Shown here in pieces: positions 37,528-48,123 of a stretch of 64,000 nucleotides of DNA. The DNA is from an uncultured Clostridia bacterium. Its GTDB lineage: Bacteria; Bacillota; Clostridia; TANB77; CAG-508. The stretch's first letter is position 1. Every line of letters starts with the position of its first letter. The position numbers were made by a program, and so were the translations under genes. The stretch covers positions 133,165 to 197,164 of the forward strand of contig CALXPN010000001.1 in assembly GCA_944390285.1 (NCBI GenBank), read 5' to 3'. The notes under the pieces are model-generated. The model had not been told where the DNA came from. It was given only the letters and a program-made list of their open reading frames with translations, and ran no database searches.

Positions 37528-39261
37528 TTATTTGTTTTCTCCTAAAATTCTTGCAATTTCCTCATGCCTTTTTACCTTTGCTGTTGTAGTTTTTATAAGT
37601 TCTTGATTTGTTACTATAATATCTCTTATATGTTTATATGGAGGCATTTTTTTATTTATTTCAGAAATTTTTTCTTTCATATATTTATGTATATCATTTT
37701 CATTTATATATCCCATTATATTTTTTATAATTTCTTCATCATATACTATTTTCACACAAACATCTAAATCATTATCTTTTGTTGGTTTACCATAAACTAT
37801 ATTTTCTTTAACTCCTGGAATATAACTTATTAAAAGTTCTAATTCTTCTGGAAATATATTTTTTCCATTTTTTTGTACAATAACATTTTTCTTTCTTCCT
37901 GTAATATATATATAATCGTCTTCTATATATCCTAAATCACCAGTATTAAACCATCCATCTATAAAAGACTCTTGTGTTGCTTCATTATTTTGATAATATC
38001 CAATCATAACACTTGGTCCTTTTACTAGAATTTCTCCTATTCCCTGTTCATCCGGATTATAAATCTTTACTTCTAAAGAAGGTAATTTTTTTCCTACAGA
38101 TCCTGGTTTTATATTCCTATCATTTTCCACACTAATTACTGGTGATGTTTCAGTTAAACCATAACCTTGATAAATTTTAAATCCGAATTCATTAAATGAT
38201 TTAATAAGTGAAGAATCCATTGCTGCTGCTCCACTAACTATTAACCTTACATTACCTCCAACAGCATCATGTATCTCTTTAAAAATTCTTTCTTTTACAT
38301 TTATATGTATTTTATCTAATACATTTGTAATTTTCTTCATTCTATTTACTAGTTTAGTTTTTCCTTCTTTATCTATTGTTTTTACTATTTTTTTATGTAT
38401 ACTCTCTAAAATCAGTGGTACACAAACTATAACTGTTGGTTTATATTCACATAAATTTTGTGCAATATATCTTAAACCATCACAAAAAGACATTGATCCA
38501 CCTATATAAAATAATACATGATTAATTAATGCTTGAAAAGCATGATGAAATGGCAATAAAGCAAGCATACTATCTGTTTCGTAAAATTTTATTACTTTAT
38601 TTATATCCATAACATTAGAACATATGTTTTTTTGAGAAAGCATTACAGCTTTAGATCTTGAAGTTGTGCCAGATGTAAAAAGTAATACTGATAATTTTTC
38701 AGGATCTATTTTTGCATCTAAATAACTTCTATTTCCTGTTTCTAATAATTCTTTTCCTTTTCTTAGTAAATTTTTATATGATAAAAAACCATCTTTATCT
38801 TCTTCTAAATCTAAACAAATAAATTTTTGTATTTTTGAAGATTTATTATTTTTTATTTTTTTCATTATATCAATATATTTTTCTTCAAAAACCATAACTT
38901 CTGCTTCACTTCTTTCAGCAAGTGAAATAATTTCATTATCTGGAAGTGCTTTATCTAATGGAACTATAATTTTTCCATCTGTTGTTGTAGCATAATATAC
39001 TACATTCCATTCATATCTATTTTTTGATATAAGTGCAACTCTTTTACTTTCAATTCCTAATGAATTTAGAGCTGTTCCAAAATAATCTATTTCATTTTTA
39101 AATTCTTTATATGTCATTTTATTAAATTCTACTTTTTCATTTTCTTTATACATTCTTTTTTTAAATACAAAGACCGGATTATCTCCATACAATTCGACTG
39201 ATTGATTTATTAAATCTTTAAAATCTGTTATTTCTCTCACATTTTCATAAAACTTTTCCAT
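37528..39261 (-). CDS. long-chain-fatty-acid--CoA ligase (AMP-binding family)
   Basis: LLFTSGTTSRSKAV (AMP motif I), YGLTET, and a C-terminal lysine region, 577 aa. Confidence 0.85.
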   Translation of the reverse strand: MEKFYENVREITDFKDLINQSVELYGDNPVFVFKKRMYKENEKVEFNKMTYKEFKNEIDYFGTALNSLGIESKRVALISKNRYEWNVVYYATTTDGKIIVPLDKALPDNEIISLAERSEAEVMVFEEKYIDIMKKIKNNKSSKIQKFICLDLEEDKDGFLSYKNLLRKGKELLETGNRSYLDAKIDPEKLSVLLFTSGTTSRSKAVMLSQKNICSNVMDINKVIKFYETDSMLALLPFHHAFQALINHVLFYIGGSMSFCDGLRYIAQNLCEYKPTVIVCVPLILESIHKKIVKTIDKEGKTKLVNRMKKITNVLDKIHINVKERIFKEIHDAVGGNVRLIVSGAAAMDSSLIKSFNEFGFKIYQGYGLTETSPVISVENDRNIKPGSVGKKLPSLEVKIYNPDEQGIGEILVKGPSVMIGYYQNNEATQESFIDGWFNTGDLGYIEDDYIYITGRKKNVIVQKNGKNIFPEELELLISYIPGVKENIVYGKPTKDNDLDVCVKIVYDEEIIKNIMGYINENDIHKYMKEKISEINKKMPPYKHIRDIIVTNQELIKTTTAKVKRHEEIARILGENK

Positions 39262-39301
39262 ATTTTTATATTCCTTCCTAGATTATTTTATTATATCAAT
39301 T

Positions 39302-39787
39302 TTATTTTAAATTATCATAATATTTATATTCTTTATAAACATTTTCATCTAAATACTTCTGATTCTCTTCTATATTTTCTCTTACTTTTGTCGCCCTAAT
39401 CGGAACTGCTTGTCTTAAATTGTCCACTCTTCTATCTACAATATTCATATATTTTGCAACACTCGCACCATATTCTTCACTACTATAAAAATGTGTTGGT
39501 TCTTCTCCAGACATTATTTTAGTCAAATATTCCATTTGTATTTTTACACTTTTTTCATCTAATCCATATTGTGATGGTGGATTATGTGCATATTTTATTT
39601 CCACATTTGGATATAATTTTTTTATCCAATTAGCTCTTATTTCTGTCGGAACATTTGTTACTTTTGTATCATACACCACCACAATTAGTTTGTCCACTTC
39701 TTTTAAAGCTGTTTCAATCAAATACTGATGTCCTTTATGAAATGGTGCAAACTTTCCAATTGTAAAACCTATTTTCTTTTTTTCCAT
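39302..39787 (-). CDS. cytidylyltransferase-like nucleotidyltransferase (NMN adenylyltransferase / NadR N-domain-like)
   Basis: GKFAPFHKGHQYLI (HxGH) motif, 161 aa. Confidence 0.55.
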   Translation of the reverse strand: MEKKKIGFTIGKFAPFHKGHQYLIETALKEVDKLIVVVYDTKVTNVPTEIRANWIKKLYPNVEIKYAHNPPSQYGLDEKSVKIQMEYLTKIMSGEEPTHFYSSEEYGASVAKYMNIVDRRVDNLRQAVPIRATKVRENIEENQKYLDENVYKEYKYYDNLK

Positions 39788-39798
39788 TTTTCCCTCTT

Positions 39799-41091
39799 TT
39801 ATTCATATCTTAATGCGTCTATCGGATTCATTTTAGCTGCTTTATTAGCCGGATAATAACCAAAAAATACTCCTATAGACATAGAAAAAATCAAAGAAAT
39901 TATAATTCCAGAAACAGAAGGTTTTGCAGGATAACCTAAAAGATTTGATGCTAATACTCCTCCTCCTATTCCAAGTATAACTCCTATCACTCCTCCTATC
40001 AAACAAATTATCATTGCTTCTACTATAAATTGTGTTCTTATAGAAGAATTTTTAGCACCTAATGCTTTTCTTGTACCTATTTCTCTTGTTCTTTCTGTTA
40101 CAGATACAAGCATTATATTCATTACACCTATACCTCCTACTATTAAAGCAATTCCAGCAACAATTGATATTGCTAGTGTTATAGTTGAAAGCATATCTGT
40201 AAGCATAGATACCATTGACCCCATTGTAAATGCTCTAATCTCGTAATTTCTATTTGAAGAATAATAAGGTTCAAAATAATTTGTTATTTTTGTTACTAAC
40301 TTATCAGAATCTACACCAACTTTTGTAATTATTTGCATATATTCATATTTTAGTTCTCCACTTTCAAAAGCTGTTGTTGATTTTAATGGAATATACATAT
40401 CAGTCGCAGAATTTGTACCCATACTCATTCCCATCATATACATATCCTGATTTTCATAAACTCCTATTATTGTGAAATTTCCAATTTTATTATTTACATT
40501 TGTTTGTATTTCTGAACCTATTGCTTTATTTATATCTCCATCAAAAATGTTTTCTACCAATTTATCAGAAACAATTGTTACATTTTTTCCTTCTTCAAAA
40601 TCTGTTTGAGAAAACATATGTCCACCTAAAATTGTTAATTCATTTGTAATAAAATATCCTGCACTAACTCCATATACACTCACATTTGCATTTTTATTAT
40701 TTAATTCGATATTTCCACTTCCAACTGAGTATTGCAAATTTATAGCATATATCTCATCTTGAAACTTATTTGAAAGATCTCTTATCATATCATTAGTAAT
40801 ATAATCTTCATCTGATGGCATTACATTAGAATTTTCTAGAGTTCCATATGTAGCACCTTCTATGCTAGCATTTTCCACTTCAGAATCTCTCGGATTTATT
40901 GTAACATAAACATCATTTGCTCCCATTGATTGCATATTTTCTGATACTGAAAGTGTTAATGAATCTCCAACTGTAATTATTGCAATAACAGAACCAATTC
41001 CTATTATGATTCCAAGCATTGTAAGTAATGCTCTCATTTTATTTGAAAGAAGACTATTTATTGCTAATATTATATTTTCGATAATTAACAT
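39799..41091 (-). CDS. ABC transporter permease, FtsX/MacB family
   Basis: N-terminal TM, ~230-aa extracytoplasmic domain, 3 C-terminal TM with FtsX signature. Overlaps the ATPase gene by 7 nt. Confidence 0.85.
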   Translation of the reverse strand: MLIIENIILAINSLLSNKMRALLTMLGIIIGIGSVIAIITVGDSLTLSVSENMQSMGANDVYVTINPRDSEVENASIEGATYGTLENSNVMPSDEDYITNDMIRDLSNKFQDEIYAINLQYSVGSGNIELNNKNANVSVYGVSAGYFITNELTILGGHMFSQTDFEEGKNVTIVSDKLVENIFDGDINKAIGSEIQTNVNNKIGNFTIIGVYENQDMYMMGMSMGTNSATDMYIPLKSTTAFESGELKYEYMQIITKVGVDSDKLVTKITNYFEPYYSSNRNYEIRAFTMGSMVSMLTDMLSTITLAISIVAGIALIVGGIGVMNIMLVSVTERTREIGTRKALGAKNSSIRTQFIVEAMIICLIGGVIGVILGIGGGVLASNLLGYPAKPSVSGIIISLIFSMSIGVFFGYYPANKAAKMNPIDALRYE

Positions 41092-41789
41092 TTTTTTCCC
41101 TCTCCACTTTTTTCATCTATAATAACTCCATCTTTAATAGATATTATTCTATCTGTTTCTGATGCAAGTTCATTTGAATGTGTTATTAGTACAATTGTTT
41201 TTTTATTTTCTTTATTTAATTTATGGAATAAGTCCATAACCAATCTACCTGTTTTAGAATCTAATGCTCCTGTTGGTTCATCTGCTAAAATAATAGCTGG
41301 ATCATTTGCCATAGCTCTTGCTATTGCAACTCTTTGTTTTTGTCCCCCAGACAACTCTTCTGGTAAATGTTTTGCTCTGTCTGACATTTCAACAAGTTCA
41401 AGAAGTTCTTTTGCCCTTTTTATCCTTTTACTTCTTTCCATTCCTGCATATAACATAGGTAATTCAACATTTTTCAAAGCATTAGTTTTAGGAATTAAAT
41501 TATATGTTTGAAAAACAAAACCTATTTTTTGATTTCTTATTTCTGAAAGTTCTGATTCATCTGCTTCTCCTACATTTATACCATCTAATATATAATTTCC
41601 AGAAGTAGGTCTATCTAAAATTCCAATCATATTCATTAATGTAGATTTTCCAGAACCAGATGGTCCAACTATAGAAACAAATTCACCATCTTTTACTTCT
41701 AAAGAAATTCCATGTAAAATTTCTAATTCATTTGGCTGTCCAATATAAAATTTTTTTACTATATTTTCTAATTTTATTATAGAATTCAT
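41085..41789 (-). CDS. ABC transporter ATP-binding protein (MacB/LolD/YknY-like)
   Basis: GPSGSGKST, LSGGQKQRVAIARA, IILADEPT motifs, 234 aa. Confidence 0.9.
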   Translation of the reverse strand: MNSIIKLENIVKKFYIGQPNELEILHGISLEVKDGEFVSIVGPSGSGKSTLMNMIGILDRPTSGNYILDGINVGEADESELSEIRNQKIGFVFQTYNLIPKTNALKNVELPMLYAGMERSKRIKRAKELLELVEMSDRAKHLPEELSGGQKQRVAIARAMANDPAIILADEPTGALDSKTGRLVMDLFHKLNKENKKTIVLITHSNELASETDRIISIKDGVIIDEKSGEGKKC

Positions 41790-41801
41790 ATTTATTCCCT
41801 T

Positions 41802-43754
41802 CTATATACCTGCATCTGCTCCCATCATTTCAATTAATGTTTCAACTGAATTGTCTGCTTCAACATCAGGCATAACCACTTTCATTCCTTCTTTTATTTT
41901 ATCTGAATTAATTTCAATATAATAAGAACTTTCAAAACCTGTTTCGACTTTTAATTCTTCTTTTTCACCTGTTTGTTCATTTTTTAATATTTCTATATAT
42001 TTTGAACCATCATCTTTTTCGTGAATTGCTTCTATTGGAACTGTCCAAACATCTTCTCTACTATCCGTAATTATACTCAATCTCGCATTCATTCCTATTC
42101 TTAATCTATCATTTTGGGTATCTAATGCAATTTGTATTTTATATGTTGCATTAGAAGTTCCAGATGTAGTCATAGAAGTCATACTAGTTCCTGCAATTTC
42201 TGAAACATCTGTTGCACTTTGTGCCACATAAATTATTCTACCTTTTAATTCTTCATCTCTTGTAGCATCTGTTTTTATTAAAACTTCCATTCCTACTTCA
42301 ACATCTGCTATATCGTATTCATCTATTTCAGCTTCAATTATAAATTCTTGCACTCCCTCTATTACTGCAATAGTAGAACCAGTATATATATCACCTGGTT
42401 TTGCATTAACAGAAGTAACTGTTCCATCAACAGTGGATGTTAATACTCCCTTTTCTAATTGATCTTGATATGTGTTTATCTGAGCCTGTTGTGTTTGACG
42501 ATTTAAACTAGAACTTAATTCTGAATTTGATAATGCATCTTGCATGCTCGCAATATTAGAATCTGCAGTTGATACTGCACTATTTTGAGCCTGAACTGTT
42601 TTATCATATGCATTTTTTAAACTATCAACATTTGCTTGTAATGTTTTTACATTTGCTTCTAAACTTGATATTTCCGCTTCTATAGCCTGGTATTGTGATT
42701 CCAATGGTGAATATGAATTAACAGCATTATCATATATAGATTTATAATTTAAATAGTCGCTTTTAACTGTATTTAAATTTGTTTCTAAACTAATTAATGT
42801 GGCTTGTGCTTGATTATAATTTGTCATAACTGCTCTATGAGTAGGTGTTGCATACTCTCCGTCCTGATATTCTGAAGGATCAATAACAGTACCTGTTGAA
42901 GGATTTAATTGATTTTGTGTTCCTGCTACGAAGTATTTATTATACTCTATTTGGGCATTTTCAAAACTTGCAACACCAGCATTATATGAATTTGTTGCTT
43001 GATTATATGTACTTTCTTTTTTATCATATTCTGCTTTTATATTTGTGTATTCTGATAAACTTGAATTATATGTTTTTATAAAAGAATCCCTTGCCGATTT
43101 CTTCGATGCTAAAGTATTTTGTAGAGATGAAAGTTCATTTTGTGCATCTTGATAAGCCTTTAAAGCATTGTCTGTATCCTGTTTAGTTATATTCACTTGT
43201 GTATCCTTATTTTTTATTGAATCATTTAAGTTTCTTTGAGCACTTTGAATTCCTAAAGCACCTTGTGCATTAGATATATTTAATGAATTTTGTGCAACTT
43301 TTAAATTTTCTTCCACATTTGACATATCAAAAGTGCATATTACATCACCTATCGAAATAGTATCTCCTTCTTTCACATTAACAGTTTTTATTTCCATTCC
43401 TGTAAGTGATGATACAACATTTTTTGTATTACTTGTTTCTATTTTTCCTGTTGCTCCTATACTAGTTGCTATATCTCTTTTTTCTATAGCTTGTGTCTCT
43501 ATTTTATTTTCTTCTACAGGCTTTTGATTAAATGGTTTAAAAATTAAACAAACTAATATAATAATTACTAAAATTATTATTAATCTTTTCTTTGCTTTCT
43601 TACTCATTTTAAAAATTTTTTTTAGTTTTCTGATTGTAGAATTTTCTTTTTTAGTTTCTTCTTTAGTTTCTTCATTTGATTCTAGATTTTCTTCATTATT
43701 TATATTTAATTTAGATTTTTCTACTTTATTTTCTTTTTTCTCTTTTTTATTCAT
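41802..43754 (-). CDS. HlyD-family efflux adaptor (membrane fusion protein) with long low-complexity N-terminus
   Basis: N-terminal K/E-rich segment, TM (LIIILVIIILVCLIF), extended coiled-coil/Q-N-S-rich region, C-terminal beta-barrel-like domain. First gene of the 3-gene efflux unit. Confidence 0.75.
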   Translation of the reverse strand: MNKKEKKENKVEKSKLNINNEENLESNEETKEETKKENSTIRKLKKIFKMSKKAKKRLIIILVIIILVCLIFKPFNQKPVEENKIETQAIEKRDIATSIGATGKIETSNTKNVVSSLTGMEIKTVNVKEGDTISIGDVICTFDMSNVEENLKVAQNSLNISNAQGALGIQSAQRNLNDSIKNKDTQVNITKQDTDNALKAYQDAQNELSSLQNTLASKKSARDSFIKTYNSSLSEYTNIKAEYDKKESTYNQATNSYNAGVASFENAQIEYNKYFVAGTQNQLNPSTGTVIDPSEYQDGEYATPTHRAVMTNYNQAQATLISLETNLNTVKSDYLNYKSIYDNAVNSYSPLESQYQAIEAEISSLEANVKTLQANVDSLKNAYDKTVQAQNSAVSTADSNIASMQDALSNSELSSSLNRQTQQAQINTYQDQLEKGVLTSTVDGTVTSVNAKPGDIYTGSTIAVIEGVQEFIIEAEIDEYDIADVEVGMEVLIKTDATRDEELKGRIIYVAQSATDVSEIAGTSMTSMTTSGTSNATYKIQIALDTQNDRLRIGMNARLSIITDSREDVWTVPIEAIHEKDDGSKYIEILKNEQTGEKEELKVETGFESSYYIEINSDKIKEGMKVVMPDVEADNSVETLIEMMGADAGI

Positions 43755-43941
43755 ATCCTACTAATTCCTTCTACTCCTTTATATTAATAAATCAACAAAT
43801 ATTATAACACAAATATTTATTTAAAAAAAGATATAAAATGTAATTTTTATTATCTTAAGATAATTTTAATATATGTTATCTTTTGTAATACAAATGTAAT
43901 ATTTTTTTAATATTATAGTTATATTTCTTTTTATATCTTTA

Positions 43942-43950
43942 TGGTATAAT
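43942..43950 (+). promoter_or_regulatory. extended -10 promoter element TGgTATAAT
   Basis: TGGTATAAT at 43942-50, ~60 nt upstream of the RBS TAGGAGGT and the ATG at 44013. Confidence 0.4.
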
Positions 43951-44012
43951 ATAAATGTTAATATTGCATGTAAATGTATGTTTTATTTTATCATGCTTTA
44001 GGAGGTATTTTG

Positions 44013-46532
44013 ATGTTAAATATGCCAATATTAAAATTTGAAAAAAGTAGTAATTACTTAAAAACTCAATTAGAAATTCAAATAAATGATAAACAATTAA
44101 TATTAGATATTATTACAAATTTAGGATTACTTATTAATTCTTCTAAAACTGAAGAAAATAAATTAGAATATGAAAATATTTTAAATGAAGCTAATTCATA
44201 TTTACAAATTATATCTAGTAATATAACTTCAATAGAACAATTAGATTTAGAAATTACTAATATTAATAAAGAATTATCAGAATTAATTAATGAACAAAAA
44301 CATTCTCCAAAAACAAAAGAATTTTATATTGCTGCATTTTCAAATATAAAGCATAATATAATTGTATATTCAAAAAAATTTCAAAACATCCAAGAAAAAT
44401 TAGAAAATGATAATAAATCTTTCAATGATTTTATTAATATAAATAACGTTAAATATAATTTTGATTCTATTAATGTAGAAAATACTGAAAATAATTATCA
44501 ATTCACAGGCTTTTCAGTAAATACAGATGTAGATTCTGAAAATAGTCAAGAAGAAACCGACGTTGTTGAAGAAATAAATGAAAATGATATTATTCAAGAA
44601 ATAGATGAAACTGCTACCATTGAAGAAATAAATGAAATAGACAAAACTGATTCAATGGAAAAAGATTTTGAATTTCAAAATGAAAACAATTTTACTGAGT
44701 TAGAAACTCAAGATAAAGACATTCAAGTTGAATCTGAAAATCAAAATGAAACTAACCAAATTGAACCTATACAACAGGAAGATAATAATTCGCTTGAATC
44801 TAATTCTAATGAAAATGAAGAAAACTCTGCTTCTATTTCTGAAGAAATAGATAATAAAATTGAAAAATTAACTAATGAGTTTAGGGAATTTCTAACCAAT
44901 ATTTCTAATAATTCAAATATTTCTTTAAATTTAGATAACGAAATTTTAAATACATACATTGAACAATTACAAAACAATAATATTTCAGAAACTGAATCTA
45001 TTTTTGAGAATGAATCTTCCTCTGATTCTTCTGATATTTCTGAGAATATTAATCAAGATGTCAATACTATTTTTGAAAACGATATTGAAAATTCAGAAAT
45101 TGAATATAATACAATTGATACAGTATCAGAAGATTTTTCTAATGTTGAAATTTCTGATGAAGATTTGGCTGATTTTCTTTTAGATTCAGACGAACTTTCT
45201 GTTGAAACAGATAATACTTCTGAAAACACCTTTGCTAATGATGTTTTAATCTCTTCTGATATATTTGAATCAGAAACAGATGATATTAATGATGATATTA
45301 ATACTGAAGATACCAATAATGAAATTTCAAAAATCGAACAAGATGACTCATATTTTCCTTATCCTAATCTTTTTGGAGTTAACAGTTTTAATGAAACTAA
45401 ATTTCCAGTATTATTTAAACATTCTGAAAATAATCAAGAAGATTCTGATATTGACTTAGAAAATGATGACTTAGATACTTTATATGAAGAAGATTTTGAA
45501 GAACAATTAGATGATGAGCTTAATGTTGATAATGACAATATTATTATTGATGATATAGTTAATAATGAAAATGAAACAACTATTGATGCTTCAAATAATA
45601 TTATTGATAATACTATTGATAACAATATCATTGACAGTAAAAGTAATCCTGATAATAATACTCAGAATAACTTAGAAAATATAGCTACTAATGTCATCGA
45701 AAATAATTCTATAGAAAATTCTGAAAATAAACCTATAGATTTGCTTTCAACAAAAGATGATAATCCAAAATTTAATATTGATGAATTATTATCAAATTTA
45801 AATATCACATCTGATCAAACTACAGAAATCTCTGATACTATTGTTAATGACGATGTACATATTGAAAATGAAAAAAATGATGATAATATTTTAGATGATG
45901 AATTTACAAATGAACTAACAAAAGAATTATTAGAAGATTTAAATTTATCTGATAATGAAGATATTATATCTCCCCTTTCTGAAGATGAACAAAATAACAA
46001 TAATTTATTATCAGATTTTATGGAAGAAAATCAAAATGAAAATAATTCATTTAAAATAATTACAAATGAACAAGAAACACCTAATAATAATATAGATTTA
46101 AAAATCAAAAATATATTAGAAGCAAAAGCTGATAATGAAAATCTAATTATTTCAGAAAAAAGTCAAGCAATTTACTTACCTTATAAAATTTCTGAACTTA
46201 TAAATTATATGAATAGTTATCCAAATGTTTACTCTTCTATTCAAGATGTAGTAACACAAGAATTTATATTACCTTTTGATTATTTTGCAAAGCATCCTTT
46301 TAAATCTAGATTTTCTGAAGCTTATAATATAATCAGAAATCAAGAAGGAAAAAATGTTTTAACTTCAACTCTTTATAGTTTAAAAATCGCTAAAAAAAGC
46401 AATTTAAATCCAGCTATTATAGCTGCTTGTAGATCTAAAAATGAATTAGATATATATATAGATTATTTAGATTCAAATACATTAGAAAAATTTAAATTTT
46501 TCAATATAATTTATGAAGTAAATTTATTATAA
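44013..46532 (+). CDS. giant acidic low-complexity protein (839 aa) with conserved non-repetitive N- and C-terminal domains
   Basis: Start at the ATG at 44013 (MLNMPILKF), TAGGAGGT 7 nt upstream. The central ~550 aa is D/E/N/S/I-rich with degenerate EEINE/NDII repeats. The last ~115 aa is ordinary composition (IYLPYKISELINYMNSYPNVY...). Confidence 0.6.
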   Translation: MLNMPILKFEKSSNYLKTQLEIQINDKQLILDIITNLGLLINSSKTEENKLEYENILNEANSYLQIISSNITSIEQLDLEITNINKELSELINEQKHSPKTKEFYIAAFSNIKHNIIVYSKKFQNIQEKLENDNKSFNDFININNVKYNFDSINVENTENNYQFTGFSVNTDVDSENSQEETDVVEEINENDIIQEIDETATIEEINEIDKTDSMEKDFEFQNENNFTELETQDKDIQVESENQNETNQIEPIQQEDNNSLESNSNENEENSASISEEIDNKIEKLTNEFREFLTNISNNSNISLNLDNEILNTYIEQLQNNNISETESIFENESSSDSSDISENINQDVNTIFENDIENSEIEYNTIDTVSEDFSNVEISDEDLADFLLDSDELSVETDNTSENTFANDVLISSDIFESETDDINDDINTEDTNNEISKIEQDDSYFPYPNLFGVNSFNETKFPVLFKHSENNQEDSDIDLENDDLDTLYEEDFEEQLDDELNVDNDNIIIDDIVNNENETTIDASNNIIDNTIDNNIIDSKSNPDNNTQNNLENIATNVIENNSIENSENKPIDLLSTKDDNPKFNIDELLSNLNITSDQTTEISDTIVNDDVHIENEKNDDNILDDEFTNELTKELLEDLNLSDNEDIISPLSEDEQNNNNLLSDFMEENQNENNSFKIITNEQETPNNNIDLKIKNILEAKADNENLIISEKSQAIYLPYKISELINYMNSYPNVYSSIQDVVTQEFILPFDYFAKHPFKSRFSEAYNIIRNQEGKNVLTSTLYSLKIAKKSNLNPAIIAACRSKNELDIYIDYLDSNTLEKFKFFNIIYEVNLL

Positions 46533-46536
46533 AAAT

Positions 46537-46566
46537 AAAAAACGTGAACAAACAGTTCACGTTTTT
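46537..46566. terminator. bidirectional terminator shared by the acidic protein gene and spoIVA
   Basis: AACGTGAAC-AAACA-GTTCACGTT, 9-bp perfect stem, with an A-run upstream and a T-run downstream. Confidence 0.7.
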
Positions 46567-46570
46567 ATTT

Positions 46571-48049
46571 TTATAAAATTATACAAATTAATCCTCCACT
46601 TCCTTCATTCACTATTCTTTGCAATGTCTCTTGCAATTTAGATTGTGCTTCTTCAGGCATTTTTGCTAATTTATTTTGTAATCCCTCATTTACTAATTCA
46701 TATAAACTTTTACCAAAAATATTTGATTTCCATATTTCTTTTGGATCATTTTCAAATTCAGAAAGTAAATATTTTACTAAATCTTCTGATTGCTTTTCAC
46801 TTCCAACAAGTGGTGATACTTCTGTTTCTGTATTTATTTTTATCATATGAATTGATGGAGCTTTTGCTTTTAATTTTACACCATATTTTGAACCTTGTTT
46901 TACAATTTCAGGCTCATCTAAAATTAAATCTTCAATACCTGGAGTAACTATTCCATATCCTTTTTCATTTACTTCATGAATTGCATATGCCATTTTATCA
47001 TAATCTTTTTTTATTTTAGAAAATGAAGAAATACAACTAAATAGTTCTCCTTCATTTTTTATATTAACACCAGTTATATCACTAAGAACATTATAAAATA
47101 AACTATCATTCAATTCAACTCTTATACTTACGATTCCTGTTCCTAAATTTATTTCTTCTATACTAGCTTTTTTTATTTTATCACATTCCTCAAGATTAGT
47201 ATAACTATCATTTACATCTTTTAATCTAAGTGTTTCTGAAAATGTATTTTTTATACTTTCAAACAAATCCATTTTCAATGGATTATTTATGTCTAACCCA
47301 TCAATCCAACGTGGAAATTTTATTTCAATTCTCTCTATCATAAACTCATATAATAATTTTGAAAAAATTAAATTTATATCATCTAAATTTAATTCTAAAC
47401 AATTAATTGGTATAACTGTAGCATTATATTTTTGTGATAAATTATATGCCATATCTATACTATAAGAATCAGTTGGATTTTGACAATTCATAAGCATTAC
47501 AAAAGGTTTATTTAAGTCTTTTAGTTCTTTAACTACTCTTTCTTCTGCTAAAACATATTCTTCTCTCGGAATATCTGTAATTGAACCGTCTGTTGTTACT
47601 ATAATTCCTACACTTGAATGTTCTACAATTACTTTTTTAGTTCCCAGTTCTGCTGCTGTTTCAAAAGGAATTTCCTCATCAGACCATGGTGTTTTTACCA
47701 TTCTTGGCATATCATTTTCTAAATATCCTATTGCATTATTCACTAAATATCCTACACAATCTACTAACCTTGTTTTAAATTTTACATTTCCATTTAAGCT
47801 AATTTCAACTGCTTCATTTGGTATGAATTTAGGCTCTGTAGTCATAATTGTTCTACCACTAGCACTTTGTGGTAACTCATCAACAGCTCTTTCCTTTTTG
47901 TATTCATTTTCAATATTCGGTAAAACTAATAATTCCATAAATTTTTTTATAAAAGTAGATTTACCAGTTCTTACTGGTCCTACTACTCCTATGTAAATGT
48001 CTCCATCTGTTCTTTGTGCTATATTTTGATATATACCTACATTTTCCAT
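46571..48049 (-). CDS. spoIVA: stage IV sporulation protein A (coat morphogenetic ATPase)
   Basis: N-terminus MENVGIYQNIAQRTDGDIYIGVVGPVRTGKSTFIKKFMELLVLPNI closely matches the SpoIVA Walker A region, 492 aa. Confidence 0.95.
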   Translation of the reverse strand: MENVGIYQNIAQRTDGDIYIGVVGPVRTGKSTFIKKFMELLVLPNIENEYKKERAVDELPQSASGRTIMTTEPKFIPNEAVEISLNGNVKFKTRLVDCVGYLVNNAIGYLENDMPRMVKTPWSDEEIPFETAAELGTKKVIVEHSSVGIIVTTDGSITDIPREEYVLAEERVVKELKDLNKPFVMLMNCQNPTDSYSIDMAYNLSQKYNATVIPINCLELNLDDINLIFSKLLYEFMIERIEIKFPRWIDGLDINNPLKMDLFESIKNTFSETLRLKDVNDSYTNLEECDKIKKASIEEINLGTGIVSIRVELNDSLFYNVLSDITGVNIKNEGELFSCISSFSKIKKDYDKMAYAIHEVNEKGYGIVTPGIEDLILDEPEIVKQGSKYGVKLKAKAPSIHMIKINTETEVSPLVGSEKQSEDLVKYLLSEFENDPKEIWKSNIFGKSLYELVNEGLQNKLAKMPEEAQSKLQETLQRIVNEGSGGLICIIL

Positions 48050-48123
48050 TAAAAAATACCCCCTACAAATTTGTACATCTTTAACTAATTTATATTAAGG
48101 TATTTTTCATTTATGACTATTTT

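Noticed and set aside
44013-46532. Possible tandem DNA repeat or CRISPR-like array in the acidic protein gene
   Set aside because: Repetition is at the level of amino-acid composition (degenerate D/E/N motifs), not regularly spaced identical DNA repeats; there are no spacers or cas genes.
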